DNA of 64,000 nucleotides from Candidatus Poribacteria bacterium (lineage in GTDB: Bacteria; Poribacteria; WGA-4E; WGA-3G): NCBI GenBank assembly GCA_022826805.1, contig JAJDUH010000045.1, positions 83,562-147,561 of the forward strand, read 5' to 3'. This document shows, piece by piece, positions 1 through 10,988 of the stretch. Position 1 is the first letter of the stretch; each line of letters opens with the position of its first letter. The notes beneath the pieces are model-generated. The model worked only from the letters and a program-made list of their open reading frames with translations. It had not been told where the DNA came from and made no database searches. A program made the translations under genes and the position numbers.

Positions 1-67
1 TACCTGAAAAACATTGTAGCAAATATCGAAAACAAAGCAAATCATTTTTTATAAGGATTTCATAATA

Positions 68-1225
68 ATGCACAAATTTCTGGCTCTAACGAGTCTTATC
101 GTGTTGTTAGGCACACACATCGGATGTGACAGGGTTCAAAAGATTGTTACACCGAAACACGAACAGAAAACCCTTAAGATCGGTTTCGTCGTTGCAGGTG
201 AACGTGCCACCTATCTCAATGGCGCAGAGATGGCTGTCACAGAAATTAACCAGCATGGTGGCCTTCTTGGGAAGCAGGTCACATTGATTGGACATATCAA
301 CAAAGAGGCGATACCGGAAGTTTCTGTCCAAATTACTGAAACCCTCATTGTTGAAGAACAAATTATCGCGCTTATTGGACCCAACCGTTCCTCCCACGCT
401 GTTGAGGTTGGTCCGATCGCACAGCGTCATGGCATCCCGATGGTTACCACAACCGCAACCAACCCCAATGTAACAAACGCTGGCGATTTCGTCTTCATGG
501 CATCCTTCACAGATAACTTCCAAGGTGCTGTGATGGCACAGTTCACGATAGAGGATCTCAATCTGACCACTGCCGCCCTCATTATACGAAAGGGCGATCT
601 CTACACAGAAGGTATCTCTGAATTCTTCGCACTCAATTTCAACAAACTCGGTGGCGAAATCGTCGCCAATGAATTTTACGAAGGTGATCTGTCAGATTTT
701 ACAGTGCAATTAACAAACATTGCAGCCGCGCAGCCCGATGCCCTCTTTATAGCTGGTTTCACCCTGGACGTTGCGCTCATAACGCAACAGGCGCGTGCAA
801 TACCGTTACAAAACGCCGATGGAAAACCAACAATCTTCCTTGGGGCAGATTCATGGGACAGCGAACTCCTGTACGACAACGAAGATGCCGAAGTAGAAGG
901 TAGTTTTTTTAGCGGGCATTTCTCACCAGAGACGAATGAACCGACAGCACACGCCTTTGTTGATGCTTACGAATCTATCTATGATTCGACACCTACCGGT
1001 GGTGTCGCAGTTAACTACGACGCCGTTAAATTGCTTTTTGAAGCAGTCGAGCGGGCAGGCAGCCTCGACCCCGATGAAATCCGTGAGCAACTCGCCGCCA
1101 CAGAAAACTACATCGGTGCAACAACTATCGCCAGTTATGACGAAAATCGCCATCCAACCAAAAGCGTGGTAATTTTTACTATCAAAGACGGCAAAAAGCT
1201 GTTTCATCAACAGATTGATCCTTAG
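68..1225 (+). CDS. Branched-chain amino acid ABC transporter substrate-binding lipoprotein (LivJ/LivK-like)
   Basis: Lipobox-like HIGC after a hydrophobic N-terminus; GAEMAVTEINQHGGLLGKQV, IIALIGP and YDAVKLL segments typical of Peripla_BP_6. Confidence 0.85.
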   Translation: MHKFLALTSLIVLLGTHIGCDRVQKIVTPKHEQKTLKIGFVVAGERATYLNGAEMAVTEINQHGGLLGKQVTLIGHINKEAIPEVSVQITETLIVEEQIIALIGPNRSSHAVEVGPIAQRHGIPMVTTTATNPNVTNAGDFVFMASFTDNFQGAVMAQFTIEDLNLTTAALIIRKGDLYTEGISEFFALNFNKLGGEIVANEFYEGDLSDFTVQLTNIAAAQPDALFIAGFTLDVALITQQARAIPLQNADGKPTIFLGADSWDSELLYDNEDAEVEGSFFSGHFSPETNEPTAHAFVDAYESIYDSTPTGGVAVNYDAVKLLFEAVERAGSLDPDEIREQLAATENYIGATTIASYDENRHPTKSVVIFTIKDGKKLFHQQIDP

Positions 1226-1271
1226 TAGGAGAGGTTTCTAACGCCGATCTTGTATACCACATGGAGAAAAC

Positions 1272-2276
1272 ATGAATAGACCACCAGAAGCCTTCGTTCA
1301 CGTAGATGAAGAACGACTTCTCAGCTTCTCTACCGCCTGCTTTGAGAAAGCAGGTATCACACACGAACACGCCGCCCTCATCAGTCGTCTACTCGTTAAT
1401 TCCGATTTACGAGGTGTCCGTAGTCACGGTACCCGAACGGTTAACGGATATTGCGCAGGCTTTGAAAACGGGAGCTTCAATCCCAACCCTGATATCCGTG
1501 TCATCCATGAAACGCCGACTGCCGTCGTACTTGATGGCAACGGCACACTCGGCTACCTTCCAATGGTCCGTGCCACGGAACACGCGATTACCAAAGCGAA
1601 AGCAGTGGGCATCGGAATGGGACTCGTTCGCTATATAGGACACTACGGCTCTGCCGGACACTATGCCCGTATATGTAATGAGGCAGATTGCATCGGCTTT
1701 TCAGTGCAAGGCTACCAGAATCAAGGCAATGCTGGGAACCAAGACCCGAAACCGCAACTCGGCTACTACGGCAACCCGCCCATCTGTTTCGCCATTCCTT
1801 CTGACGATGAACCGCCAGTCATCCTCGACGCAGCAACCTGTATCATGGCAGATTACCAACGCGGTCCTGATTTTGATGCCCTGCTTTCGGTCATTCCCGC
1901 AGCTTTCTTCAAGAGCATCGGATACACCGCTGTCGCGAGTCTGCTCGGTGGCGCACTGACCGGTTTCACTGAGCCACCGCCTGATGACACTGCAAAATGG
2001 AGTGGCGGCGGCATGGGCGGCATGGTGCTCGCTATAGACATCGAATCTGTCGTGCCATCTGCTGTTTTCCACGCAGAAGTCGACCGTATGGTCCGGGATG
2101 TCCGTGAGACTTACGAACCGATGCCGGGAACTGACAGAGCACTGCTACCGGGGGCGATTGAAACAGAACGCATAGAACAGCATCGCCGCTCGGGGATCCG
2201 CTATGGTGAAATGGAACAGGAATCCGCACGTGGCGTCAGTGAGCGATTAGGCGTGCCACTACCGTGGGATGAATAG
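1272..2276 (+). CDS. Ldh_2 family (malate/L-lactate/ureidoglycolate-type) oxidoreductase, paralog 1
   Basis: DLRGVRSHG, DGNGTLG, HYG, GNPPI and LPG motifs. Confidence 0.85.
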   Translation: MNRPPEAFVHVDEERLLSFSTACFEKAGITHEHAALISRLLVNSDLRGVRSHGTRTVNGYCAGFENGSFNPNPDIRVIHETPTAVVLDGNGTLGYLPMVRATEHAITKAKAVGIGMGLVRYIGHYGSAGHYARICNEADCIGFSVQGYQNQGNAGNQDPKPQLGYYGNPPICFAIPSDDEPPVILDAATCIMADYQRGPDFDALLSVIPAAFFKSIGYTAVASLLGGALTGFTEPPPDDTAKWSGGGMGGMVLAIDIESVVPSAVFHAEVDRMVRDVRETYEPMPGTDRALLPGAIETERIEQHRRSGIRYGEMEQESARGVSERLGVPLPWDE

Positions 2277-2306
2277 CCTCTTCACAACCAAGGATTAGGA
2301 AAAATC

Positions 2307-3308
2307 ATGAATAGACCACCAGAAACTTTTGTTTTAGTAAACGAAGAACGGCTTCTTAATTTCTCTACGGCTTGCTTTGAGAAAGCAGGTCTCACACACG
2401 ATCACGCCGCCCTCATCAGTCGCCTACTCGTTAATTCCGATTTACGAGGTGTCCGCAGTCACGGTACACGGACTGTTAATCGGTATTGTGCAGGTTTTGA
2501 AAACGGAAGTCTCAACCCACGCCCAAACATCCGCGCCATCCATGAAACGCCGACTACAGTTGTGCTTGATGGCAACGGTACGCTCGGCTACCTTCCAATG
2601 GTCCGTGCCACGGAACACGCCATCGCCAAAGCGAAAGAAATCGGCATCGGGATGGGACTCGTCCGTTATATCGGGCACTACGGCTCCGCGGGACACTATG
2701 CCCGTATGTGTAACGAAGCCGGATGCATTGGGTTTTCGGTACAGGGATCCCAGAATCACGGTAATGCCAGAAACCAAGATCCTAAACCCCAGATTGGTTA
2801 TTATGGTAATCCGCCTATCTGTTTTGCCATCCCTTCTGGTGACGAGCCACCGGTCGTGCTGGATGCCGCAACATGTATTATGGCAGATTACCAACGCGGC
2901 CCCGAATTCGATGCCCTGCTTTCAATGATACCGGCGGCTTTCTTCAAAAGTATCGGCTACACTGCTGTGGCACATCTGCTTGGCGGAGGACTGACCGGCT
3001 TCACCGAACCAGCACCCGAAGACACCGCAAAATGGAAACCTCCACAAGGCGGTATGGTCCTCGCAATAAATATTGAATCTGTTGTGCCACTTGATGTTTT
3101 TCACGCTGAAGTTGACCGTATGGTCCGGGATGTCCGCGAAACCTACGAACCGATGCCGGGAACTGACAGAGCACTGCTACCGGGGGCGATTGAAATGGAA
3201 CGCACAGAACAGCATCGCCGCTCGGGGATCCGCTATGGTGAAATGGAACAGGAATCCGCACGCGAAGTCAGTGAACGGTTAGGCGTGCCATTGCCATGGG
3301 ATGAATGA
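2307..3308 (+). CDS. Ldh_2 family oxidoreductase, paralog 2 (tandem duplicate)
   Basis: Same motifs; long stretches near-identical to 1272..2276. Confidence 0.85.
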   Translation: MNRPPETFVLVNEERLLNFSTACFEKAGLTHDHAALISRLLVNSDLRGVRSHGTRTVNRYCAGFENGSLNPRPNIRAIHETPTTVVLDGNGTLGYLPMVRATEHAIAKAKEIGIGMGLVRYIGHYGSAGHYARMCNEAGCIGFSVQGSQNHGNARNQDPKPQIGYYGNPPICFAIPSGDEPPVVLDAATCIMADYQRGPEFDALLSMIPAAFFKSIGYTAVAHLLGGGLTGFTEPAPEDTAKWKPPQGGMVLAINIESVVPLDVFHAEVDRMVRDVRETYEPMPGTDRALLPGAIEMERTEQHRRSGIRYGEMEQESAREVSERLGVPLPWDE

Positions 3309-3410
3309 TTTTCACACCGCCGTAGCGGAAAGGAAATCAAGAAAACAGATGAGATTTTTCTTGCCTTTTTTGGCAAAATGTTCCATAATTTTAGGAATTC
3401 TATTTAAATA

Positions 3411-3531
3411 TAGGACTTACGCAGTTCCGCTTAAAGTCCCCCTGATAAGGGGGATTTAGGGGGTTAAACACTCAAGGAACACCTTTTTTAATCAAATATA
3501 TCGCTTTTTTGCACATTTTGCGTAAGTCCTA
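3411..3531. mobile_element. MITE-like element with 13-bp terminal inverted repeats, containing a CCCCCTGATAAGGGGG palindrome
   Basis: TAGGACTTACGCA (3411-3423) ... TGCGTAAGTCCTA (3519-3531); homologous copy at 21148-21328. Confidence 0.7.
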
Positions 3532-3596
3532 TAAATGTTACAATATTGTCCAAACTTTAGGAGTCTTTAGTGAAAATAATTTAGGGAGTTTTTGAT

Positions 3597-6500
3597 ATGC
3601 AGAATAAGATTAAAACCAGCATTTTGTTTTACATGTTTACGTTGTTCCTGTGCCTCAATTGTTTTTTCGTGGAGAACACCGTCGCACAAGACAACGCTGA
3701 ATCCGCTGACGCACTCGCCAGTGCCAACTATACTTTTGAGACGATCGATGTTCCCGGGGTAGAGTTCTTACAGTTGAGTGCCAGTAGCGACTTTGGGGAT
3801 TACGCCGGCAGCACGCGGAGTGCTAATGGTGAAAAGATAGTTGCCTTTACGCTCATTGATGGCATTTTTACAACCTACGATTTCCCGGGTTCAAAGAACA
3901 CTTATTTCTTTGCGCTTGGTAATAATGGAGATGCTGCCGGACACTACGAGGATAGCGACGGTCTATTCCATGGGGTTGTCTTGAAAGATGGCGAGTTACA
4001 GCAATACGATTTCCCAGGTGCCGTCCAAACGGAACTATCGGGTATTAGTGACTCGACGGGCGCACTGACGGGTAATTTTATAGACGCTGCTGGTGTTCGC
4101 CGCGGATTCTCAGCAGACGAAATCATTGAGGCCCCTGGGGCAACGGAAACTTACGCCGATTTTGTGAATTCGAGCGGTGGTATGGTCGGTAGCTACGTAG
4201 ATGCTGAAGGCCTATTTCATCCTTATATCCGCACCCCGACCGGTCGGTTTGCATCTCTCGACCTTCCAAGCGCAGCAAATCTCGAATACTTTTTTGTGCA
4301 CGGCATCAACGATACAAGAGTTGTCGTTGCCCGAGCCAAACAGGTGGATGGTATCCCGGGCACCCTTGTCGGCACATTCCAAGAAGGGCTAAAGGAGTTG
4401 AAGGTTCCGGGCAGCGTTAGCACGGAGGGCTATAATATTAATCAGGACGGCTCTATCGTCGGACACTATGATTCAGCAGATGGGCGAAGGCACGGGTTCA
4501 TTGCCAGACCTATAACGGACACTGCTGCACCCATCAACGATCAACCCGTTGCCACACCTTCCGAACTCAACTATACATTTGAGAGCATTGACGTTCCAAG
4601 TGTAGATTTTTTAGCAGTGACGGCGAGTAGCGATTTTGAGGATTACGCAGGCTACACGCGGAGTGCTGATGGGGAAAAAGAGGCCGCCTTTACGCTCATT
4701 GACGGCATTTTTACAACCTATGATTTTCCCGACTCGCAAAAAACGCATTTTTATGCGCTCGGTAATAATGGACAGGCCGCCGGATACTACCAAGACAGCA
4801 ATGGCTTGTCCCACGGTATCGTCCTACAAGATGGCGAGTTGCGACAATACGATTTCCCAGGTGCTGTCGAAACGGAGATATACGGCATTAGTGATGCGAC
4901 GGGCGCGCTGACGGGTAATTTTATAGATGCTGCTGGCGTTCGCCGTGGATTCTCAGGAGACAAAATCGTTGAGGCGCCCGAGGCACTGGCAACTTATGCC
5001 GATTTTGTGAACGCCAGCGGTCGTATGGTGGGCAGCTACATAGACACTGAAGGCCTATATCATCCATACATGCGTCAACCAACCGGCAAGTTTATATCTC
5101 TTGACTTGCCAGGAGCAGGACAGTTTGAATACTTTTTTGTGCACGGTATCAACGACGTAGGGGTTCTTGTTAGCAGATCCAAAAGGATTGGTGGTGTCCC
5201 GCGCACCCATGTCGGCTCACTCCAGTACGGGCTACACGAATTTCAGTTCCCGGGCAGCGTCAGCACAGAAGGCTGGAATATTAATCAAGACGGCTCTGTC
5301 GTCGGACACTATACATCAGCGGATGGCAGAACACACGGATTTATCGCAAGGCCTGCAGAGGACACCACTCCACCAATCGACGATCCACCTGCTATCGCAC
5401 CCGCTAATGCCAGCTATACTTTTGAAACGATTGACGTTCCAGGTGTAGACTTTTTAGCGGTGACGGCAAGTAGCGACTTTGAGGACTACGCCGGCAACAC
5501 GCCAAGTGCGGATGGTGAAAAAATGGTTGGCTTTACACTCATTGATGGCGTTTTTACAACCTATGATTTCCCTGGGTCACAAGGCACTTATTTTTATGCG
5601 CTCGGTAATAATGGTGTCGCCGCCGGTCACTACCAGGATAGCGACGGTCTCTACCACGGCGTGCTCTTAGGAGAAGATGGAGAACTGCACCAATACGATT
5701 TTCCAGGTGCCGTCGAAACCCAAATCTTCGGTTATAGTGACGCCACTGGGAAACTAACAGGTAGTATGGTAGATGCTTCTGGCGTTCGCCGCGGATTCTC
5801 AGGGGAGACAATCGTTGAGTATCCCGGAGCATTGGAAACTTATGCCGATTTTGTAAGCGGATTAGGCAATATCGTGGGCAGCTACGTGGATGCTGCGGGC
5901 ACCTATCATGCATACCTGCGTGGCTCGGGGGGTAGTTTTGCAACGCTCGATCTTCCACTCGAAGGGGAGTTGGAATACTTTTTTCTCCACGGTCTCAACG
6001 ATGGACTGATTGCTGTTGGCAGAGGCAAAGCGGTGGGAGATGTCCCGCGCACTTATGTCGGCAACCCCCTCAACCTACAAGAATTGCGGGTTCCGGATAG
6101 TGCTGGCACGGAGGGTTGGAATATCAATCAAGACGGCTCTGTCGTTGGACACTATGACTCACCCGATGGACGCAGACACGGATTTATCGCCAAACCTATA
6201 GAGAGCACTGATCCAAGAACCAGCAATAGACGCATTGGCGCACCCGCCGGCTATACATTTGAGAGTATTGATGTTCCGGGTGTAGATTTTTTAGCAGTGA
6301 CGGCGAGTAGCGACTTTGAGGACTACGCCGGCAACACACAGAGTGCCGATGGTGAAAAAGAGGTCGCCTTTACGCTCATTGATGGCGTTTTTACAACCTA
6401 CGATTTCCCTGGGGCACAAGGCACGTATTTCTATGCGCTCGGTAATAATGGTGTCGCCGCCGGTCACTACAAGGATAGCGACGGTCTTTACCACGGTGTT

Positions 6501-7988
6501 GTCTTAGAAGATGGTGAGTTGCGACAATACGATTTTCCGGGTGCTGTTGAAACGTTTATATACGGTATCAGTGATGCGACAGGTGCTATGACAGGTCATA
6601 TAATAGATGCTTCTGGCGTTCGCCGCGGATTCTCTGGAGACACAATCGTTGAGGTCCCCGGAGCATCGGCAACTAATGCCGATTTTGTGAGTTGGACGGG
6701 CCACATCGTGGGCAGTTACACGGATTCTGCAGGTACATATCATGCCTACATGCTTGGTGTGACGGGTAGGTTTTTATATATCGACCTTCCAGAAGCCCTA
6801 AATCTGGAATACTTTTTTCTCCACGGTCTCAACGAGTCAAGAAGTGTCGTTGGCCGTGCGAAGGAGGTGGGTGATGTTTCGCGCACTTATGTCGGTAACC
6901 CGCTCAACCTACGCGAGTTGCAGTTTCCGGGCAGCATCAGTACGGAAGGCTGGAATATTAATCAAGACGGCTCTGTCGTCGGACACTATGATTCAGCTGA
7001 TGGACGCAGACACGGATTTATCGCAAGACCTACCTCACAAGTGGAAGCGGAAAATTATAGCAACACCTATAGTGTCACGTTGTCTAAAGGTTTGAACATG
7101 CTTTCTGTGCCATTGGCATCTCCAACACCCATGACTGCCAAGAGCCTTGTCGCCATGACAGGGGCAACAACCGTCATCAAGCTTGATGCGGTAAAACAGC
7201 ATTTCATCGCCTGGACGCCGGGGGCACCCAATGACGGTTTCCCAATTGAAGGTGGAAAAGGTTATATCGTCAATGTCCCACAATCCCGTAATTTCGCATT
7301 CGTCGGAGCACCCTGGACAAATCCAACCGAGGCTCCTGCAGCATCACCTGCCATTACCCCCTTGATAAGGGGGGACAGGGGAGTTACCCAAGAAGCGTGG
7401 GCATTCGTTGTCAGTGGGCATCTAAAAGGCAAACCCGCTTTTGACGGCTACGAGGTAACCGTCCGTAACCTAAGAACAAACAGCAGGATAACCGCTTCAG
7501 TGCAAGGGGATTACTTCGCTGCTGCAACTGCCGACTTAACGCGGCGGAGCGTCGTTCAAGTTGGAGACGTGGTTGAGTTACGCGTCATCGGTCCCGCTGG
7601 AAACGCTGAATCACAAACCCTCAGATTTGAAGTGACTCCTGAGCATCTATCAAACGCCGTTTTGTCCGTCAGGCTTGATAACATCGGCAAACCGACACAG
7701 AATCTGTTGATGCAGAACTACCCGAATCCATTTAACCCAGAGACATGGATTCCATATCAACTCTCGGAAGACAGTCCTGTATCCATATCTATTTACGATA
7801 CAACGGGTAGGTTAGTTCGCACACTTTCGCTCGGTTTCCAATCCGCAGGCTTCTACAATAATCGGAGTCGTGCTGCGTATTGGGATGGACGCAATGAACT
7901 CGGCGAACGCGTTGCCAGTGGTATCTATTTTTACCAGTTGACAACACCTGCCTTCCAGCAGACGCGGCGGCTCGTCATTTTGAAGTAA
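3597..7988 (+). CDS. Secreted repeat protein: 4 x ~280-aa HAF-like/beta-propeller modules plus C-terminal FlgD-Ig/T9SS-like sorting domain
   Basis: Signal peptide; four YTFE(T/S)IDVP...GWNINQDGSVVGHY..RHGFIA modules; tail NYPNPFNPETWIPYQL...YWDGRN..GERVASGIYFYQL. Confidence 0.75.
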   Translation: MQNKIKTSILFYMFTLFLCLNCFFVENTVAQDNAESADALASANYTFETIDVPGVEFLQLSASSDFGDYAGSTRSANGEKIVAFTLIDGIFTTYDFPGSKNTYFFALGNNGDAAGHYEDSDGLFHGVVLKDGELQQYDFPGAVQTELSGISDSTGALTGNFIDAAGVRRGFSADEIIEAPGATETYADFVNSSGGMVGSYVDAEGLFHPYIRTPTGRFASLDLPSAANLEYFFVHGINDTRVVVARAKQVDGIPGTLVGTFQEGLKELKVPGSVSTEGYNINQDGSIVGHYDSADGRRHGFIARPITDTAAPINDQPVATPSELNYTFESIDVPSVDFLAVTASSDFEDYAGYTRSADGEKEAAFTLIDGIFTTYDFPDSQKTHFYALGNNGQAAGYYQDSNGLSHGIVLQDGELRQYDFPGAVETEIYGISDATGALTGNFIDAAGVRRGFSGDKIVEAPEALATYADFVNASGRMVGSYIDTEGLYHPYMRQPTGKFISLDLPGAGQFEYFFVHGINDVGVLVSRSKRIGGVPRTHVGSLQYGLHEFQFPGSVSTEGWNINQDGSVVGHYTSADGRTHGFIARPAEDTTPPIDDPPAIAPANASYTFETIDVPGVDFLAVTASSDFEDYAGNTPSADGEKMVGFTLIDGVFTTYDFPGSQGTYFYALGNNGVAAGHYQDSDGLYHGVLLGEDGELHQYDFPGAVETQIFGYSDATGKLTGSMVDASGVRRGFSGETIVEYPGALETYADFVSGLGNIVGSYVDAAGTYHAYLRGSGGSFATLDLPLEGELEYFFLHGLNDGLIAVGRGKAVGDVPRTYVGNPLNLQELRVPDSAGTEGWNINQDGSVVGHYDSPDGRRHGFIAKPIESTDPRTSNRRIGAPAGYTFESIDVPGVDFLAVTASSDFEDYAGNTQSADGEKEVAFTLIDGVFTTYDFPGAQGTYFYALGNNGVAAGHYKDSDGLYHGVVLEDGELRQYDFPGAVETFIYGISDATGAMTGHIIDASGVRRGFSGDTIVEVPGASATNADFVSWTGHIVGSYTDSAGTYHAYMLGVTGRFLYIDLPEALNLEYFFLHGLNESRSVVGRAKEVGDVSRTYVGNPLNLRELQFPGSISTEGWNINQDGSVVGHYDSADGRRHGFIARPTSQVEAENYSNTYSVTLSKGLNMLSVPLASPTPMTAKSLVAMTGATTVIKLDAVKQHFIAWTPGAPNDGFPIEGGKGYIVNVPQSRNFAFVGAPWTNPTEAPAASPAITPLIRGDRGVTQEAWAFVVSGHLKGKPAFDGYEVTVRNLRTNSRITASVQGDYFAAATADLTRRSVVQVGDVVELRVIGPAGNAESQTLRFEVTPEHLSNAVLSVRLDNIGKPTQNLLMQNYPNPFNPETWIPYQLSEDSPVSISIYDTTGRLVRTLSLGFQSAGFYNNRSRAAYWDGRNELGERVASGIYFYQLTTPAFQQTRRLVILK

Positions 7989-8177
7989 GGACTATCCGTA
8001 TAGAACTTATGTCCTTCCCCTGATAGGTGTGGAATGTAATACAAGGAACGGATTTAGTCTCTCCCCAGACTAAATCCCTAACCGCACCTATCCTTTAGGA
8101 ACAGACGTAATACTCCAAACAACTTTCAATCCCGTAGGTTGGGTTGAACGACTCTGAGAACAGGAGAGGTTTTTATT

Positions 8178-10895
8178 ATGCCTACTCATACCAAAACTAA
8201 TTTTTTATGTTACACGTTTACGTTGCTTATATGCCTCAATTCCTTTTTCCTCAGCAATACCGAGGCACAAACCGATAATGAACCAACGCCTCCATCCCCT
8301 GGATTCACCTATACTTATGAGAGTATTGATGTTCCGGGTGTAGACTTTTTAGCGTTGACAGCGAGTAGCGACTTTGAGGATTACGCAGGCTACACACAGA
8401 GTGCGGATGGTGAAAAAATGGTCGGTTTTACACTCATAGACGGCGTTTTTACGACGTATGACTTCCCCGGTTCACAGAACACCTATTTCTATGCGCTTGG
8501 CAATAATGGGTTAGCTGCGGGACACTACGAAGATAGCGAGGGTCTTCATCATGGGGTCGTCTTAGAAGATGGTAAGTTACGGCAATATGATTTGCCGGGT
8601 GCTGTCGAAACGGAGATATACGGTTACAGTGATTCGAGGGAGGTCTTGACGGGTGGTTTTATAGATGCCTCTGGTGTTCGCCGTGGCTTCTCAGGGGATA
8701 TAATAATTGAGGTCCCCGAGGCAACAGCAACGTATGCCGACTTTGTGAATGCGGCAGGCTCTGTCACAGGAAGTTACATAGATGCTGACGGGCTATATCA
8801 TCCTTATGTGCGTACCTTGAATGGCACGTTTGTTTTTCATACCTATCTGGAGCCATCCAATCTCGAATATTCTTTTGTGCACGGGATCACTGATACAAGG
8901 ATTATCGTTACTCGCGCCAAAGCGGTGGGGGACCGCCCGCGCTCCTATGTCGGCACATCCCAGCACGGATTATCTGAATTGGAGTTTCCGGGCAGCGTTA
9001 GCACGGAGGGCTGGAATATCAATCAGGACGGCTCTGTCGTCGGTTACTACGACTCGGCAGATGGACGTAGACACGGGTTTATCGCAAAACCCACTGCGGA
9101 AACTGCTGCAAGATTCGAAGATATAGCTTATCTCCCAGTCCCTGAATTCAACTATATTTATGAGAGTATTGACGTTCCGGGCGTAGACTTTTTAGCGTTG
9201 GGTGCGAGTAGCGACTTTGAGGATTACGCCGGAAACACGCGGAGTGCGGATGGCGAAAAAATCGTCGGCTTTACACTCATTGATGGTGTTTTTACGACCT
9301 ACGATTTCCCGGGTGGACAGAACACTTATTTCTATGCGCTTGGCAATAATGGGGTAGCTGCGGGACACTACGAGGATAACGACGGTCTTTACCATGGGGT
9401 CATCTTAGAAAATGGCGAGTTACGGCAATACGATTTTCCAGGTGCCGTTGAAACAGAGATATACGGTTTTAGTGATGCAACGGGTGCCTTGACGGGTAAT
9501 TTTATAGGTGCTGATGGCGTTCGCCGTGGATTCTCAGGAGACAAAATCGTTGAGGCGCCCGAGGCAATAGCAACGTATGCCGATTTTGTGAATGCGGCAG
9601 GCTCTATCATCGGCAGCTTCGTAGATGCTGACGGGCTATATCACGCATTCGCACTTACCCCGACTGGCAGGTTTATAATTCTGGACTATCTGGAACCCTC
9701 CAATCTGGAATACTTTTTCTTGCACGGGATTAACGATGCAGAAGGCAGCGGTGTGTTTGTGATTGCCCGAGCCAAAGCGGCTGGGGACCGTCCGCGCTCT
9801 TATGTCGGCTCATACCTATATGGGCTACATGAGTTGGAGTTTCCAGGCAGCGTTAGCACGGAGGGCTGGAATATCAATCAGGACGGTTCTGTCGTCGGAC
9901 ACTATGACTCACCCGATGGGCGCAGACACGGTTTTATCGCAAAACTCTCTACCGCGGCAGAGCGCACGCATTTTAGCAACGCCTATACTGTCACGCTCTC
10001 GAAAGGGTTGAATATGCTGTCCGTGCCGTTGGCACCTTTGAGACCGATGACCGCGAAATCACTCGTTGCAATGACAGGCGCGACAACCGCCATCGCGTTC
10101 GACGCGCCAAACCAACAGTTCGTCGCATGGACACCAGACGCGCCGAATGATGGTTTCCCAATTGAGGGTGGACAAGGCTATATCGTCAATGTGCCAGAAA
10201 CCCGCAATTTCGCTTTCGTCGGCGCACCCTGGACAGATCCAACAGAAGAAACCGCTGCAGCTCCATCTGCCATTACTTCTTTACAGGGGGTTGCCCAAGA
10301 AGCATGGGCATTCGTTGTCAGTGGACACTTGGAAGGGAAAACAACGTTTGACGGCTACAAGGTAATCGTTCGGAACCTGCGAACAAATAGTACGATAACC
10401 GCTTCGGTGCAAGGGGATTACTTCGCTGCTGCAACCGCAGACTTAACGCGGCGGAGCGTCGTTCAAGTCGGAGATGTCGTTGAAGTACGCGTCATCGGTC
10501 CCGATGGAAACTTTGAATCACAAACGCTCAGATTTGAAGTGACACCTGAGCATCTATCAAACGCCGTTTTGTCTGTCAGACTTGATAACATCGGCAAACC
10601 GACACAGAATCTGTTGATGCAGAACTACCCGAATCCGTTTAACCCAGAAACATGGATTCCATATCAACTCTCTGAGGACAGCCCTGTATCAATATCCATT
10701 TATGATACAACCGGTAGGTTGATTCGCACACTTTCACTCGGTTTCCAATCCGCAGGCTTCTACAATAATCGGAGTCGTGCGGCGTATTGGGATGGACGCA
10801 ATGAACTCGGCGAACGCGTTGCGAGTGGCATCTATTTTTACCAATTGATGACACCCGCCTTCCAGCAGACACGGCGGATGCTCATTTTGAAATAG
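8178..10895 (+). CDS. Paralogous secreted repeat protein with 2 modules and the same C-terminal domain
   Basis: Two YESIDVPG modules; C-terminal region nearly identical to 3597..7988. Confidence 0.75.
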   Translation: MPTHTKTNFLCYTFTLLICLNSFFLSNTEAQTDNEPTPPSPGFTYTYESIDVPGVDFLALTASSDFEDYAGYTQSADGEKMVGFTLIDGVFTTYDFPGSQNTYFYALGNNGLAAGHYEDSEGLHHGVVLEDGKLRQYDLPGAVETEIYGYSDSREVLTGGFIDASGVRRGFSGDIIIEVPEATATYADFVNAAGSVTGSYIDADGLYHPYVRTLNGTFVFHTYLEPSNLEYSFVHGITDTRIIVTRAKAVGDRPRSYVGTSQHGLSELEFPGSVSTEGWNINQDGSVVGYYDSADGRRHGFIAKPTAETAARFEDIAYLPVPEFNYIYESIDVPGVDFLALGASSDFEDYAGNTRSADGEKIVGFTLIDGVFTTYDFPGGQNTYFYALGNNGVAAGHYEDNDGLYHGVILENGELRQYDFPGAVETEIYGFSDATGALTGNFIGADGVRRGFSGDKIVEAPEAIATYADFVNAAGSIIGSFVDADGLYHAFALTPTGRFIILDYLEPSNLEYFFLHGINDAEGSGVFVIARAKAAGDRPRSYVGSYLYGLHELEFPGSVSTEGWNINQDGSVVGHYDSPDGRRHGFIAKLSTAAERTHFSNAYTVTLSKGLNMLSVPLAPLRPMTAKSLVAMTGATTAIAFDAPNQQFVAWTPDAPNDGFPIEGGQGYIVNVPETRNFAFVGAPWTDPTEETAAAPSAITSLQGVAQEAWAFVVSGHLEGKTTFDGYKVIVRNLRTNSTITASVQGDYFAAATADLTRRSVVQVGDVVEVRVIGPDGNFESQTLRFEVTPEHLSNAVLSVRLDNIGKPTQNLLMQNYPNPFNPETWIPYQLSEDSPVSISIYDTTGRLIRTLSLGFQSAGFYNNRSRAAYWDGRNELGERVASGIYFYQLMTPAFQQTRRMLILK

Positions 10896-10902
10896 TACTC
10901 TT

Positions 10903-10928
10903 GTAGGGGCGGGATACCCCGCTCCTAC
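10903..10928. repeat. GTAG-type REP palindrome
   Basis: GTAGGGGCGGG ATAC CCCGCTCCTAC inverted repeat just after the stop codon. Confidence 0.65.
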
Positions 10929-10988
10929 TTCGTAAAAAATCCTTTCACTGATAGTTTCCGCGGCTACACCAAAAAACGAAGGATAACC

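Noticed and set aside
1272-3308. Genome-wide TGA reassignment as an explanation for the in-frame TGAs
   Set aside because: Paralogs end WDE-TAG and WDE-TGA at the same position, and hemW, truA and the TA genes end in TGA, so TGA is a normal stop
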